From the NCBI GenBank assembly GCA_043779265.1, contig JAYWEM010000001.1, positions 19,717 to 83,716 on the forward strand: a DNA stretch of 64,000 nt, given 5' to 3'. Below the pieces are notes generated by a model that saw only the letters and a program-made list of their open reading frames with translations, was not told where the DNA came from and made no database searches. Positions 17,554 through 27,392 of this stretch are shown piece by piece. The DNA comes from a bacterium (GTDB taxonomy: Bacteria > Eisenbacteria > RBG-16-71-46). Made by a program: the position numbers and the translations under genes. How positions within the stretch are numbered: position 1 is the stretch's first letter; each line of letters opens with the position of its first letter.

Positions 17554-18627
17554 TCAGGCGGCCTGTTCGGTCCCGTTGATGTGACGCTCGAACCGGGTCC
17601 GATCGACGGAGTGCTCGTAGGCTTCCTCGCCGGTGATCAACTCACGGCGGACCATGTCCTCGAGCTGCGCGTCGAGCGACTGCATGCCGACGCGGCCACC
17701 CGCCTGGATCGCGGACGGCAGCTTGTGCGTGTTGCCCTGGCGGATCATGGCGCTGACCGCGGTCGTGTTGACCAGCACCTCGGCCGCCACCATCCGGCCC
17801 GTCTGGTCGGTCTTGCGCACGAGCTGCTGCGCCACGACGAGTCGCAGCGAATCGGACAGCATGGTGCGGATCTGATCCTGCCGACGGGGCGGGAACACGT
17901 TGATGATGCGGTCCACCGATCGCACGGCGCCGTTGGTGTGCAGCGTGCCGAGCACGAAAATGCCGGTCTCGGCGGCGGTGAGCGCCAGGCTCATCGTCTC
18001 GAGATCGCGCATCTCACCCACGAGGATGACATCGGGGTCTTCGCGAACGGAGGCGCGCAGCGCCTCGGCGAAACTCGGGGCGTCGCGACCGATCTCGCGC
18101 TGCGTGATCACCGACTGCTGGAACTCGTGCACGTACTCGATCGGGTCCTCGATCGTGAGGATGTGGCCACGACGCGTGCGGTTGAGATGGTCGATCATGC
18201 CGGCGAGTGTGGTCGACTTGCCGGATCCGGTCGGGCCGGTCACCAGCACGAGGCCCTTGCCGACGGCCAGGACCTGCTGCACGACCGCGGGCAACCCGAG
18301 CGTCTCGAGCGGCGGGACCTGGCTCGAGATCCGGCGCATCGCCGCAGCGATGCCGCCGGTATGCAGGTAGACATTGACGCGGAAGCGTCCGGCGGTCTCG
18401 CACTCGTAGGCGAAGTCGACCGCGCATCGCTCGTCCAACTGTCGGCGATGATCGTCGGTCATGAACTCGTTGAGGAAATCGCGGACGTCCTGCTCGGAGA
18501 GCTCGCGGAACCGCACGGGCTGGAGATTGCCGTGGATGCGGATGCGCGGCGCCTGTCCCGAGACCAAGTGGAGGTCGGAGCCGCCTTGATTCACCGCGAG
18601 CTCGAGGAATGCGTCGATCCGGTTCAT
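17554..18627 (-). CDS. pilT: Type IV pilus retraction ATPase, PilT/PilU family (copy 2)
   Basis: 'GSDLHL', Walker A GPTGSGKSTT, 'TIEDPIE', 'EDPDVILVGEMRD', 'GTLHT'. ATGA overlap with the upstream pilT. Confidence 0.92.
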   Translation of the reverse strand: MNRIDAFLELAVNQGGSDLHLVSGQAPRIRIHGNLQPVRFRELSEQDVRDFLNEFMTDDHRRQLDERCAVDFAYECETAGRFRVNVYLHTGGIAAAMRRISSQVPPLETLGLPAVVQQVLAVGKGLVLVTGPTGSGKSTTLAGMIDHLNRTRRGHILTIEDPIEYVHEFQQSVITQREIGRDAPSFAEALRASVREDPDVILVGEMRDLETMSLALTAAETGIFVLGTLHTNGAVRSVDRIINVFPPRRQDQIRTMLSDSLRLVVAQQLVRKTDQTGRMVAAEVLVNTTAVSAMIRQGNTHKLPSAIQAGGRVGMQSLDAQLEDMVRRELITGEEAYEHSVDRTRFERHINGTEQAA

Positions 18628-19727
18628 GCCGCGGACCTCGAATCGCCGGTCATCATCGCGAGGAGTTCGGGTCGCGTGACATAGGCGGCGAAGCCCCACT
18701 TCTCCTCGGCCTTGAGGAACGCCTCATCCGGATCGATCTCGCCGGCCCGCACGAGTGCGAGCAGCGACTGGTCCATGAGCTGCATGCCGAGGCGCTTGCC
18801 CATCGTGATCGAGCCCGGGATCTGGAACGTCTTGCCGTCGCGGATCAACTGCTGCACCGCCGGCGTCACGACCAGGATCTCGACCGCGGCGCGGCGGCCA
18901 CGACCGTCGGCGGCCCGGATGAGCTCCTGACTGACGACCGCCTTCAAGTTGTCCGCGAGCGAATGGCGAACCTGCGCCTGATTGTCGCTTGGATGCGCAT
19001 CGACGATGCGATCGATGGTCTGGGCCGCGCCCCGGGTGTGGAGTGTGCCGAGTACCAAGTGGCCCGTCTCAGCGGCTTCGAGCGCCAGTGTCACGGTGTC
19101 GGCGTCGCGAAGCTCGCCGACCAGGATGACGTCGGGGTCCTGACGAAGTGCGGAGCGCAGACCTTCGCGGAAGCTCGGGACATGCGTGCCGAGCTCGCGC
19201 TGGACGACTTGCGCCTTGGCGCCCTTGTGCACGAACTCGACCGGGTCCTCGAGCGTCACGATGGTGAGCATGGAGGTGCGGTTGATCTCGCCGATCATCG
19301 CCGCGAGCGTCGTCGACTTGCCCGTTCCGGTGGAGCCGGTGACGAGCACGAGTCCCGATCGCAGCCGCGTGAATTGCTGGATCACTTTGGGCAAACTGAG
19401 ATCCGCCAGGTCGGGAGTCCGATCGGGGACCGCGCGGCAGATCGCGCTCAGCCCGCGGCTATGGCGAACGACGTTGACGCGGAATCGACCGACTCCGGGA
19501 GCGGTGTACGCCAGGTCCACCGAGCCGCGCTCCTTCAGCTGGAGTTCGAGGTTCTCGTCGAGGAGCTCGCGCACGAAGCCCTCGGTCTCCTCCATCGAGA
19601 GTGCGCGGTACTTGACCGGCGTCAGCTCGCCATCGAGACGCACGAGCGGCGGCAGTCCGACCACGAAATGGATATCGGAACCGCCTTGCTGCTTGCCGAT
19701 CTCGAGGAACGCGTCGATGCGGGCCAT
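18624..19727 (-). CDS. pilT: Type IV pilus retraction ATPase, PilT/PilU family (copy 1)
   Basis: 'GSDIHF', GSTGTGKSTT, 'TLEDPVE', 'QDPDVILVGELRD', 'AETGHLVLGTLHT'. Confidence 0.92.
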   Translation of the reverse strand: MARIDAFLEIGKQQGGSDIHFVVGLPPLVRLDGELTPVKYRALSMEETEGFVRELLDENLELQLKERGSVDLAYTAPGVGRFRVNVVRHSRGLSAICRAVPDRTPDLADLSLPKVIQQFTRLRSGLVLVTGSTGTGKSTTLAAMIGEINRTSMLTIVTLEDPVEFVHKGAKAQVVQRELGTHVPSFREGLRSALRQDPDVILVGELRDADTVTLALEAAETGHLVLGTLHTRGAAQTIDRIVDAHPSDNQAQVRHSLADNLKAVVSQELIRAADGRGRRAAVEILVVTPAVQQLIRDGKTFQIPGSITMGKRLGMQLMDQSLLALVRAGEIDPDEAFLKAEEKWGFAAYVTRPELLAMMTGDSRSAA

Positions 19728-19740
19728 GGGTTCTCGTCCC

Positions 19741-22074
19741 CTAGCCCGAGTGCCGAAGCATCTCGAGCATCGCAGCGGCCGTCTGGGGACGGTCGTCCGC
19801 GAAGCGCGACATGGAACGCATGACGATCTCGTTGACCCCGGCCGGGATGCCAGCGGCGACCTGGTCGAGCGCCGGGACATCGGCCTCGAGGTGCTGGAAC
19901 AGCACGTTCACGGCGTTCGCGCCGGCGAATGGCTGCTTCCCCGACAACATCTCGTAGAGCACGATTCCGAGCGAGTAGAGATCCGAACGCGCATCGATCT
20001 CGTGGCCGGTGATCTGCTCGGGTGAGATGTACTCGGGCGTGCCCACCAGGATGCCGCTCTGGGTCAGGCGCGAGCGCGAACTCTGCGAGACGGCTGCGAG
20101 GCCGAAGTCGACGATCTTGGCCGTGTCGAGCTTGTCGATGAGCAGGTTGGCGGGCTTGATGTCGCGATGGATGATCCCCAGCGCGTGCGCCGCGGTCAGT
20201 CCCTCGAGCACCTGGTCGGCGATGTGCAGCACGCGCGCCACCGGCATGGGCCCGTCCTGCCGCAGTGCGGTGCCCAGATCGCGTCCATCGAAGTGCTCCA
20301 TCGAGATCGCGTGCGCGCCGCGCAGATCGAGCAGGTCGTGGATGCGGATGACGTTGGAGTGCGTGATGCGCCGCGTCAGTTTCAGTTCCTGCACGAAGCG
20401 CTTGATCATCGCCTCGTCCATCGACAGCTGCGGGCTGAGGATCTTGAGCACCAGTTCCTCGCGCACCACGGTGTCCTCGACGAGGTACACGGTTCCGAAT
20501 CCACCGCCGCCGATCCGCTGCAGCACTCGGAAGCGCTCGATGAGCACGGTACCCGGCTCGAGGCGCTGGAAGTGGAGCGTGCGATGCGAATCCTGATGGA
20601 CGCCTTCGACACCGGCGCTCGGTGTTCCGCGCTTGGAGCCCGAGTCGGATCGACCGGTGTCCGGCCCGTAACTGCCGCGGACTTCCAGCGGCATCGGGTT
20701 GCTGCCACTGCCCCCGGCACCGGCCTCCCGCAGCGTGTCGAGCAGCGTGGTGCGCTCGCTGTCCGGCAGTTCCATCTTCGACATGCTCGACAGCGCGTGC
20801 AGCGCCTCGCGTCGGATCTCGCTGCTATCGGATCGCGCCAGCTGGCAGATGGGCTCGACCGCGCGGACGTCCGCGAGCTTCGCCAGGGCACGGATGCAGA
20901 GCGGAATGGCGCGCGTGTCACGGTGCAGCAGGTGGAGCAGTGGCTCGACGGCACGGTTGTCGCCCGTCTTGGCCAGAGCGTCGATGGCGCGCTCGCGCAC
21001 CCACCAGTCGGGATCTTGGAGCGCGTCGATCAGCGCCGGGACCGCGCGCTTGTCCGGCACGGTGTTGAGGATCTCGACGGCGTAGCGCCGAACGAAATCA
21101 TCGCCGTCGCGCACCAGCCCGATCACGGCCTCCACGACGCGCGTGCCGCCCAGGGTGCCCAGGGCATCGGCGGCGCGAACGCGCACCCACCAGTCCTGGT
21201 CGCGCAGGGCCGAGACGAGGTCCTTGATGGCATCGACGGTGACGACCTGATTGAGCACCTCGACCGCGCTGCGGCGCACGTATTCCGAGTCATCCTTCAG
21301 GGCATCGAGCAGGTGGGGCACGGCGTTGACGTCGCCGACCGCGATCAACGTCTCGATGCTGGCGTTCTGCACCTTCATGTCGGAGTCACGCAGCATGCCA
21401 CACAGGGCCGGGACGGCTGACGTGGCCTTGAGCTGCCCGAGCGCCTTGACCGCCTCGAGCCGCACCGCCGCCGTGGGGTCGGTGAGTCGTCCCGTCAGCG
21501 CCTGGATCGACTCGGGCGTGTCGAATCGGCCGAGCAGCCGCGAGAGATGCAGCCGCAGCCACCAGTCGTCGTTCGAGAGATAGGCTGCGGCATCGCGAAC
21601 GATGGTGGCGTCGGCGCTGCGCTCGATCAAGCGGAAGACGCTGCCACGGGCATCCTTCGTCAGCTCGGGCAGGAGGCGGAGCAGCGTGGACGTCTGCACG
21701 CGCGGCAGCTGCTCCTGAAGAACCGCTTCGAGACGCGCCTTGCTGACGCGCGAATCGGCGAACAGCGGCAGCAGCTCCGTCGGCTCGTAGTGCTCACCCG
21801 CTGCGAGGGCGCGGGTCGCGGCCTCGGCGACCGGAGCGCTCTGGGAGCGTAGCGCCTCGACGTAGTGCGACAGCGTCTCCTTCGTCAGCAGCCGGCCGAG
21901 GACGAACTGCAGCGAGTCCAAGCTGGCACCACCCTGAGCCGCGTCGAACAGCGACTTGATCGCGGATCCGCCCAGCGTCAACAGGTGCTCCTCCGCCGCT
22001 CGCGCCTCCGACTCATCCGTCGAGGCGAGGCGGCGAACGAGGTGTCCGGCCTGGAAGCGCTTGAGGAGGTCCAT
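19741..22074 (-). CDS. HEAT-repeat protein with C-terminal Hanks-type Ser/Thr kinase
   Basis: Multiple 'L.D.DWWVR..A..AL' HEAT repeats; kinase motifs GGGGFGTVY, VLK, HRDIKPANLL, DFGLA, GTPEYISPEQ, SDLYSLG. Confidence 0.93.
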   Translation of the reverse strand: MDLLKRFQAGHLVRRLASTDESEARAAEEHLLTLGGSAIKSLFDAAQGGASLDSLQFVLGRLLTKETLSHYVEALRSQSAPVAEAATRALAAGEHYEPTELLPLFADSRVSKARLEAVLQEQLPRVQTSTLLRLLPELTKDARGSVFRLIERSADATIVRDAAAYLSNDDWWLRLHLSRLLGRFDTPESIQALTGRLTDPTAAVRLEAVKALGQLKATSAVPALCGMLRDSDMKVQNASIETLIAVGDVNAVPHLLDALKDDSEYVRRSAVEVLNQVVTVDAIKDLVSALRDQDWWVRVRAADALGTLGGTRVVEAVIGLVRDGDDFVRRYAVEILNTVPDKRAVPALIDALQDPDWWVRERAIDALAKTGDNRAVEPLLHLLHRDTRAIPLCIRALAKLADVRAVEPICQLARSDSSEIRREALHALSSMSKMELPDSERTTLLDTLREAGAGGSGSNPMPLEVRGSYGPDTGRSDSGSKRGTPSAGVEGVHQDSHRTLHFQRLEPGTVLIERFRVLQRIGGGGFGTVYLVEDTVVREELVLKILSPQLSMDEAMIKRFVQELKLTRRITHSNVIRIHDLLDLRGAHAISMEHFDGRDLGTALRQDGPMPVARVLHIADQVLEGLTAAHALGIIHRDIKPANLLIDKLDTAKIVDFGLAAVSQSSRSRLTQSGILVGTPEYISPEQITGHEIDARSDLYSLGIVLYEMLSGKQPFAGANAVNVLFQHLEADVPALDQVAAGIPAGVNEIVMRSMSRFADDRPQTAAAMLEMLRHSG

Positions 22075-22104
22075 CGAGTGGTCATCCCCTCCCTGGGGGT
22101 CGGC

Positions 22105-22722
22105 TCAGCGGGGAAGCAGCAGGTACATGGCTCCAGCGCCCAGTAAGGCGCCGAGCAGGAAGGTCACGACCAACGTGGAAGTCGAGCTCGACGCGGACGG
22201 CGCCGCCGATGTCGAGACCGAACCCGAACCCGAACCCATGGCCGATGTTGCGGTGGGAGCCTGAGCCGTCGAGGCGATCGGCAGCGGCGGGGGTGGGGAG
22301 CTCTCCTTCTCGCGCTGCGTCTCGAGCAGATGCCCGAGCTCGGTGCGCGACAGGATGACCGTGTGCTGCTCGGCGTCCGACGGGCGGCGCGCATCCGCGG
22401 CCAGTGTCCGGCGATCGATCTCATAGCCGACCCACAGCGTGTACTTGCCGAAACGGACCACGTCGTTGTTGCGGACCACGGCCGTGTTGACCGCCTGGTC
22501 GTTCACGAACGTGCCGTTGGCGCTGCCCAGATCGACGACCTGGTAGTCGCCATTGGACGTGCGCTCCATGCGGAAGTGGTCACGCGAGATGCCGGGATTG
22601 TCGACGAACACGTCGGCCGCGGGATCGCGTCCCACGCTGACGACCTGCTTGTCGAACGTGAAGTTGCGCACGGGGCGCCCCATCAGGGACAGGCGCAACT
22701 TGAGGAGCTGGGGTTCGGACAT
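22105..22722 (-). CDS. FHA-domain protein with C-terminal transmembrane anchor
   Basis: 'VSVGRD...ISRDH...DLGSANGTFVN'; Pro/Ser linker; C-terminal TM LVVTFLLGALLGAGAMYLLL; GGAGG RBS. Confidence 0.9.
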   Translation of the reverse strand: MSEPQLLKLRLSLMGRPVRNFTFDKQVVSVGRDPAADVFVDNPGISRDHFRMERTSNGDYQVVDLGSANGTFVNDQAVNTAVVRNNDVVRFGKYTLWVGYEIDRRTLAADARRPSDAEQHTVILSRTELGHLLETQREKESSPPPPLPIASTAQAPTATSAMGSGSGSVSTSAAPSASSSTSTLVVTFLLGALLGAGAMYLLLPR

Positions 22723-22796
22723 GGCGTCCTCCGACACGGGTTTCCGAGAGGCCGCCCGTCATCAAGAGCGAGACGGGGCGGTCCTGTTCCTTGGGC

Positions 22797-22824
22797 TCAT
22801 CGGCGCATCGAGAGTTCGACTTGA
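22797..22824 (-). promoter_or_regulatory. Putative sigma-28 promoter of the FHA-kinase-pilT-pilT operon
   Basis: TCAAG-N15-GCCGATGA, about 75 nt upstream of ATG 22722. Confidence 0.7.
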
Positions 22825-22993
22825 CTGCGATTTGCACGCTTGAGCGGATGGGCCGGGAAGCGGGAGGTGCGCGCCGGTGCGCCCGGGTCGGGCGTCGGTC
22901 GGCCTGTGGGCCCCGGTGGTTCGGCCGCTCCGGCACCTCGTGCTAGCGTCGCCCGACCTCAGTGCCGAGATCCCCAACCGCGTCGGAGGCCTC

Positions 22994-25474
22994 ATGCCGT
23001 CCAAGTCGTTCCTGCGGTGCATCCTCGCTGGCTCGCTCCTGATCCTCGTGCCGGTCGCCTCGGCCGATCCGCGGCCGCCCGCGGCGCTCGACGCCTCGCA
23101 GATGCGTCTGGCGCTCCAGCGACTCCAGGTCGCGGGCAGTGCGCTCTACGTGGCCGCCCACCCGGATGACGAGAACACCTCGGTCATCACGTGGTTGGTG
23201 CAGGGGCGCAAGGTCCGGACCGGCTATCTGTCGATGACGCGCGGGGACGGTGGACAGAATCTCATCGGATCCGAACTGGGCGACGGGCTCGGCGTGATCC
23301 GGACCCAGGAACTCCTGGCCGCGCGGCGTGTCGACGGTGGTGAGCAGTTGTTCACGCGGGCGGTCGACTTCGGGTTCTCCAAGAACTCGGAGGAGACCAT
23401 GGAGATGTGGGGCCATGAGGCGCTTCTGTCCGACGTGGTCTGGGCCATCCGTCGATTCCGTCCGGATGTGCTCATCACCCGATTCCCACCCGATTCGAAT
23501 GCGGGCCACGGGCACCACAGCGCGAGCGCGCAGCTCGCCGAGGAGGCGTTCTTGGCGGCGGCGGACCCCAAGCGCTTCCCGGAGCAACTGGCGCATGTGA
23601 AGCCCTGGCAGGCGAAACGCCTCGTGTGGAATGCCTTTGTGCGCGGTAGCACCGTGCTCGATCCGAGTTGGCTGCGGATCGATGTCGGCGCCTACGATCC
23701 GTTGCTCGGCCGCTCGTTCAGCGAGTTCGCCGGCGTCAGCCGCAGCTTCCATAAGAGTCAGGGTTTCGGCGCGCCCGAGCGCCGCGGCGTTCTGCCCAAC
23801 TACTTCGCTCACAAGTTGGGCGAAGCGGCCAGCGCTGATCTGTTCGATGGGGTGGACCTGACGTGGCGGCGATTCCCGGGCGGCGAGCGCGTGCAGGCGG
23901 CGCTCGCCGAGGCCGAGAAGCGCTACGATCCGACGCGGCCGCAGGCGATCCTCCCGTTCCTCGCCAAGGCGCACACCGCGCTCGCCTCACTTCCGGCCGG
24001 TGACCCGCTGGTCGAGGCTCGATGCGCCGAACTGGAGCACGTCATGGCCAGCTGCGCCGGGCTGTGGGTCGAGGCCATCGCGCTTCATGGCACGGCGATC
24101 CCCGGGTCGCCGCTTCGGGTCATGACCTCGGTGCTGCAGCGCGTCGAGACCCCGGTGGTCGTCGAGTCGGTCGAACTCGCGGGGAAGAAGATCCCCGCTG
24201 CGCGAACGCTGAGTCCCGGCCTCGCCTTGAATGACACGCTGCAGATCCGCGTTCCCGTGGACCAGGCGCCGAGTCAGCCCTACTGGTTGGCACGGCCCTA
24301 CCGAGGCGGCCGCTTCGATGTGGAGCCTCCGCTGTCGATCGGGCTGGCCGAGAATCCTGCGGCGCTGACCGCGCGCATCCGCGTGAGGCTCGGCGAGGTC
24401 TCCTTCACGATCGAGCGAGGGGTCGCCTTCCGCTGGGTCGATCCGGTGCTGGGGGAGCGCTGGCGCGCGCTCGACGTGGCTCCGCCGGCGACGCTCGCAC
24501 TCGACGAGGAGGCCTATCTGTTCCCCGATCGGGCCGCGCGCAATGTCGCAGTGACCGTGACGGCGCAGCGGGCCGGAGTCTCCGGAACGCTCGGGCTCAG
24601 CCTGCCCGAGGGTTGGACCAGTGTTCCCGCAACGGTTCCCGTCTCGATCGCGAAGGAGGCCGGCGAATCGCGCTTCGTGTTCCAGGTGACGCCGGCCGCC
24701 TCGGCGAGCGCCTCGCGGATCGTGGCCGCGATCGAGGTCGACGGCCGCAGCTGGTCGCACTCCCGCGTCACGATCGACCACCCGCACATCCCGCGGCAGA
24801 CGCTCTTCCCGCCGGCGGATGCCCCGGCCGTGCGCACGGATCTCGTTCGCCGCGGCGAGCGGATCGGCTACGTCATGGGCTCGGGCGACGTCGGCCCCAT
24901 GGCACTGCGCCAAATGGGCTATCAGGTCACGCTGCTCTCCGATGCCGACTTGGAGAGCGCGGATCTCAGCCGCTTCGATGCGATCGTCACCGGCGTGCGC
25001 GCGCTCAACACGCGCTCGCGGTTGCGGGCACTGCAGCCGCGTCTGCTCGACTATGCTGAACAGGGCGGCACGTTGGTCGTGCAGTACGTGACCACGTCCG
25101 ATGGTCCGGTCGAGAATCTCGGACCCTTCCCGTTCCGTGTCTCGCGTGATCGCGTCACGGTCGAAGCGGCCCCGGTTCGCTTCGCGCGCCCGGGCCACGC
25201 GCTGCTGAGCGGACCGAACGTCCTCGGCGCGGCCGACTTCGAGGGCTGGGTGCAGGAGCGCGGGCTCTACTTCGCCAATCCCTGGGACCCGCGCTACGAC
25301 GCGGTGCTGTCCTCGAACGATCCCCATGAACCCGCGCGTGACGGTGGACTGCTCTATGCGCGGCACGGCAAGGGGCAGTTCATCTACTGCGGCTATGCGC
25401 TCTTCCGTCAGTTGCCCGCAGGCGTCCCCGGAGCCTGGCGACTGTTCGCGAATCTCGTGAGCCCACGGCCGTGA
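22994..25474 (+). CDS. Secreted PIG-L/LmbE family deacetylase with NEW3-like and GATase-like C-terminal domains
   Basis: Signal peptide; 'AAHPDDEN', 'TRGDGGQN', 'DFGFSK', 'GHGHH', 'WVQERGLYF'; GGAGG RBS. Confidence 0.9.
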   Translation: MPSKSFLRCILAGSLLILVPVASADPRPPAALDASQMRLALQRLQVAGSALYVAAHPDDENTSVITWLVQGRKVRTGYLSMTRGDGGQNLIGSELGDGLGVIRTQELLAARRVDGGEQLFTRAVDFGFSKNSEETMEMWGHEALLSDVVWAIRRFRPDVLITRFPPDSNAGHGHHSASAQLAEEAFLAAADPKRFPEQLAHVKPWQAKRLVWNAFVRGSTVLDPSWLRIDVGAYDPLLGRSFSEFAGVSRSFHKSQGFGAPERRGVLPNYFAHKLGEAASADLFDGVDLTWRRFPGGERVQAALAEAEKRYDPTRPQAILPFLAKAHTALASLPAGDPLVEARCAELEHVMASCAGLWVEAIALHGTAIPGSPLRVMTSVLQRVETPVVVESVELAGKKIPAARTLSPGLALNDTLQIRVPVDQAPSQPYWLARPYRGGRFDVEPPLSIGLAENPAALTARIRVRLGEVSFTIERGVAFRWVDPVLGERWRALDVAPPATLALDEEAYLFPDRAARNVAVTVTAQRAGVSGTLGLSLPEGWTSVPATVPVSIAKEAGESRFVFQVTPAASASASRIVAAIEVDGRSWSHSRVTIDHPHIPRQTLFPPADAPAVRTDLVRRGERIGYVMGSGDVGPMALRQMGYQVTLLSDADLESADLSRFDAIVTGVRALNTRSRLRALQPRLLDYAEQGGTLVVQYVTTSDGPVENLGPFPFRVSRDRVTVEAAPVRFARPGHALLSGPNVLGAADFEGWVQERGLYFANPWDPRYDAVLSSNDPHEPARDGGLLYARHGKGQFIYCGYALFRQLPAGVPGAWRLFANLVSPRP

Positions 25475-25617
25475 GCGAGCGGAGCCGTGAGGAGGCGGCC
25501 GAGGTCGATCCGCCACCGCCCATCCTGGGGCGCTGGAGTCGCCTCTACGCCGTGGTGCTTGCGGTGCTCGCCGCGACGATCGTGCTGATGGGTTGGGTGA
25601 CGGAGCGCTTCCGATGA
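25471..25617 (+). CDS. 48-aa single-TM small protein coupled to the SSS transporter (absent from the ORF track)
   Basis: Translated by hand: MSERSREEAAEVDPPPPILGRWSRLYAVVLAVLAATIVLMGWVTERFR. GTGA and ATGA overlaps with both neighbours. Confidence 0.8.
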   Translation: MSERSREEAAEVDPPPPILGRWSRLYAVVLAVLAATIVLMGWVTERFR

Positions 25618-27314
25618 ACGCGCTCGACTGGGGCGTGCTGGTCACGACGCTCGCTCTGTTCGTCGGCTACGGTGTGTGGCGCAGTCGCGAGACCCGCGAT
25701 CTCACCGGCTATCTCGTGGCCGGCCGGCAGATGCCGTGGCCGATGGTGCTCCTGTCGGTGATGGCGACTCAGGCGAGCGCGGTCACGTTCCTCGCCACGC
25801 CGGGCCAGGGCTATGTCGCGGGACTGTCGTTCCTGCAATTCTATCTCGGACTGCCGATCGCGATGGTCGTGTTGTCCGCGACGCTCGTGCCGCTCTATCA
25901 GCGACTTCGCGTCAAGACCGCCTACGAGTTCCTGGAGATGCGTTTCGACGGCAAGACGCGCACGCTGGCCACCGCTCTGTTCCTGACCCAGCGCGGACTC
26001 GCCGCCGGCATCACGCTCTATGCGCCGGCGTTGCTGTTCAGCGTCGTGCTCGGCTGGGACATCCGGTGGACATGCATCGCGATGGGCGTACTGGTCGCGA
26101 CTTATACCGCCATCGGTGGCTCGCGCGCCGTCGGTCACACGCATGCACTCCAGTTCTGCATCATCATGGCGACGCTGGGCGTCGCATTCGCGCTCGTGAT
26201 GCAGGGCCTGCCGGGTGGCCTCGGATTCGGTGACGCGCTCGCGGTGGCAGGGCGCGAGGGCAAGCTCAATGCGCTCGACTTCGAGTTCGACCCCACCAGT
26301 CGCTACAACGTGTGGGCCGGGCTCATCGGCGGATTCTTCCTGCAGATGAGCTACTTCGGCACCGACCAGTCGCAGGTCGGACGCCTCCTGACCGCGAAGT
26401 CCTCACGCGAGAGTCGCCTCGGGCTGCTGGCGAACGGGCTGCTCAAGGTGCCGATGCAGGCGTTCATCCTCCTCCTGGGAGTGATGGTCTACGTCGGCCA
26501 CCAGTTCACGCCCGCCCCGATGTTCGCCAATCCCGCCGAGGTCACCAAGGTGAGCCAGGGCGCTCACGCGGAGCGCTGGCACGAGGCGGAGCGACAGCAC
26601 GCCGCGGCCGATGTCGCTCACGGTGCAGCGCTGCAGGACTGGCTCGAGGCGCGACGCCAGGGGGATGCGCAGGCCGAGCAGAGTGCCGAGGCGGCGCGCG
26701 TCCGCACCCGTGCCGATCGCGAGGCTGCGAGGACCTCCGCGCTCGGGGCGCTCAAGGACACGGACCCCGCCGCCAACACGAACGACACCAACCATCGCTT
26801 CCTCGTGTTCGTGCTCGGGGCGTTCCCGGCGGGCCTGATCGGGCTGATGCTGGCTGCGGTCTTCGCTGCGGCGATGAACGCCACCTCGAGCGAGATCCAC
26901 GCGCTCACGAGCACGACCATCGTCGATGTGGTCTCGCGCATCCCCGGCCTGCCGAAGAGCGAGGAGGCCCTGCTGACCTGGTCGAAGTTCGCCGCGCTGT
27001 TCTGGGTCGGCTTCGCCGTGCTGTTCGCCGAGAATGCCGGGCGGGCGGGTTCGCTGGTCGAGGTCGTGAACATCCTCGGCTCGCTGTTCTACGGCACCAT
27101 CCTCGGCATCTTCCTGAGTGGGTTCTTCCTGCGCCGAGTCACCGGGACGCACGTCTTCATCGGCGCGATCGTCGCCGAGGTGACGGTCCTCCTGTGCTGG
27201 AAGCTCACCCCCATCTCGTTCCTCTGGTACAACCTCGTCGGTTGCGTCCTGACGATGGGTGTCGCCGCGCTGCTCGCGGCAAGACGCGAGAGTCCGACGC
27301 CCGCGTCCGTCTGA
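25614..27314 (+). CDS. Sodium:solute symporter (SSS/SLC5 family)
   Basis: 'SVMATQASAVTFLATPGQGY', 'TAYEFLEMRFD', 'YFGTDQSQV', 'AVFAAAM'; many TM segments. Confidence 0.92.
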   Translation: MNALDWGVLVTTLALFVGYGVWRSRETRDLTGYLVAGRQMPWPMVLLSVMATQASAVTFLATPGQGYVAGLSFLQFYLGLPIAMVVLSATLVPLYQRLRVKTAYEFLEMRFDGKTRTLATALFLTQRGLAAGITLYAPALLFSVVLGWDIRWTCIAMGVLVATYTAIGGSRAVGHTHALQFCIIMATLGVAFALVMQGLPGGLGFGDALAVAGREGKLNALDFEFDPTSRYNVWAGLIGGFFLQMSYFGTDQSQVGRLLTAKSSRESRLGLLANGLLKVPMQAFILLLGVMVYVGHQFTPAPMFANPAEVTKVSQGAHAERWHEAERQHAAADVAHGAALQDWLEARRQGDAQAEQSAEAARVRTRADREAARTSALGALKDTDPAANTNDTNHRFLVFVLGAFPAGLIGLMLAAVFAAAMNATSSEIHALTSTTIVDVVSRIPGLPKSEEALLTWSKFAALFWVGFAVLFAENAGRAGSLVEVVNILGSLFYGTILGIFLSGFFLRRVTGTHVFIGAIVAEVTVLLCWKLTPISFLWYNLVGCVLTMGVAALLAARRESPTPASV

Positions 27315-27338
27315 GCGGAGTCGTACGAAGCGAAACGA

Positions 27339-27372
27339 AACGGCCGCGGCTCCCGAAAGGGCCGCGGCCGTT
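27339..27372. terminator. Bidirectional hairpin between convergent genes
   Basis: Arms aacggccgcggc / gccgcggccgtt enclosing tcccgaaagg (GAAA loop); A-rich on the left side. Confidence 0.75.
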
Positions 27373-27392
27373 CGCCAGGTGTACCGGTGCCG

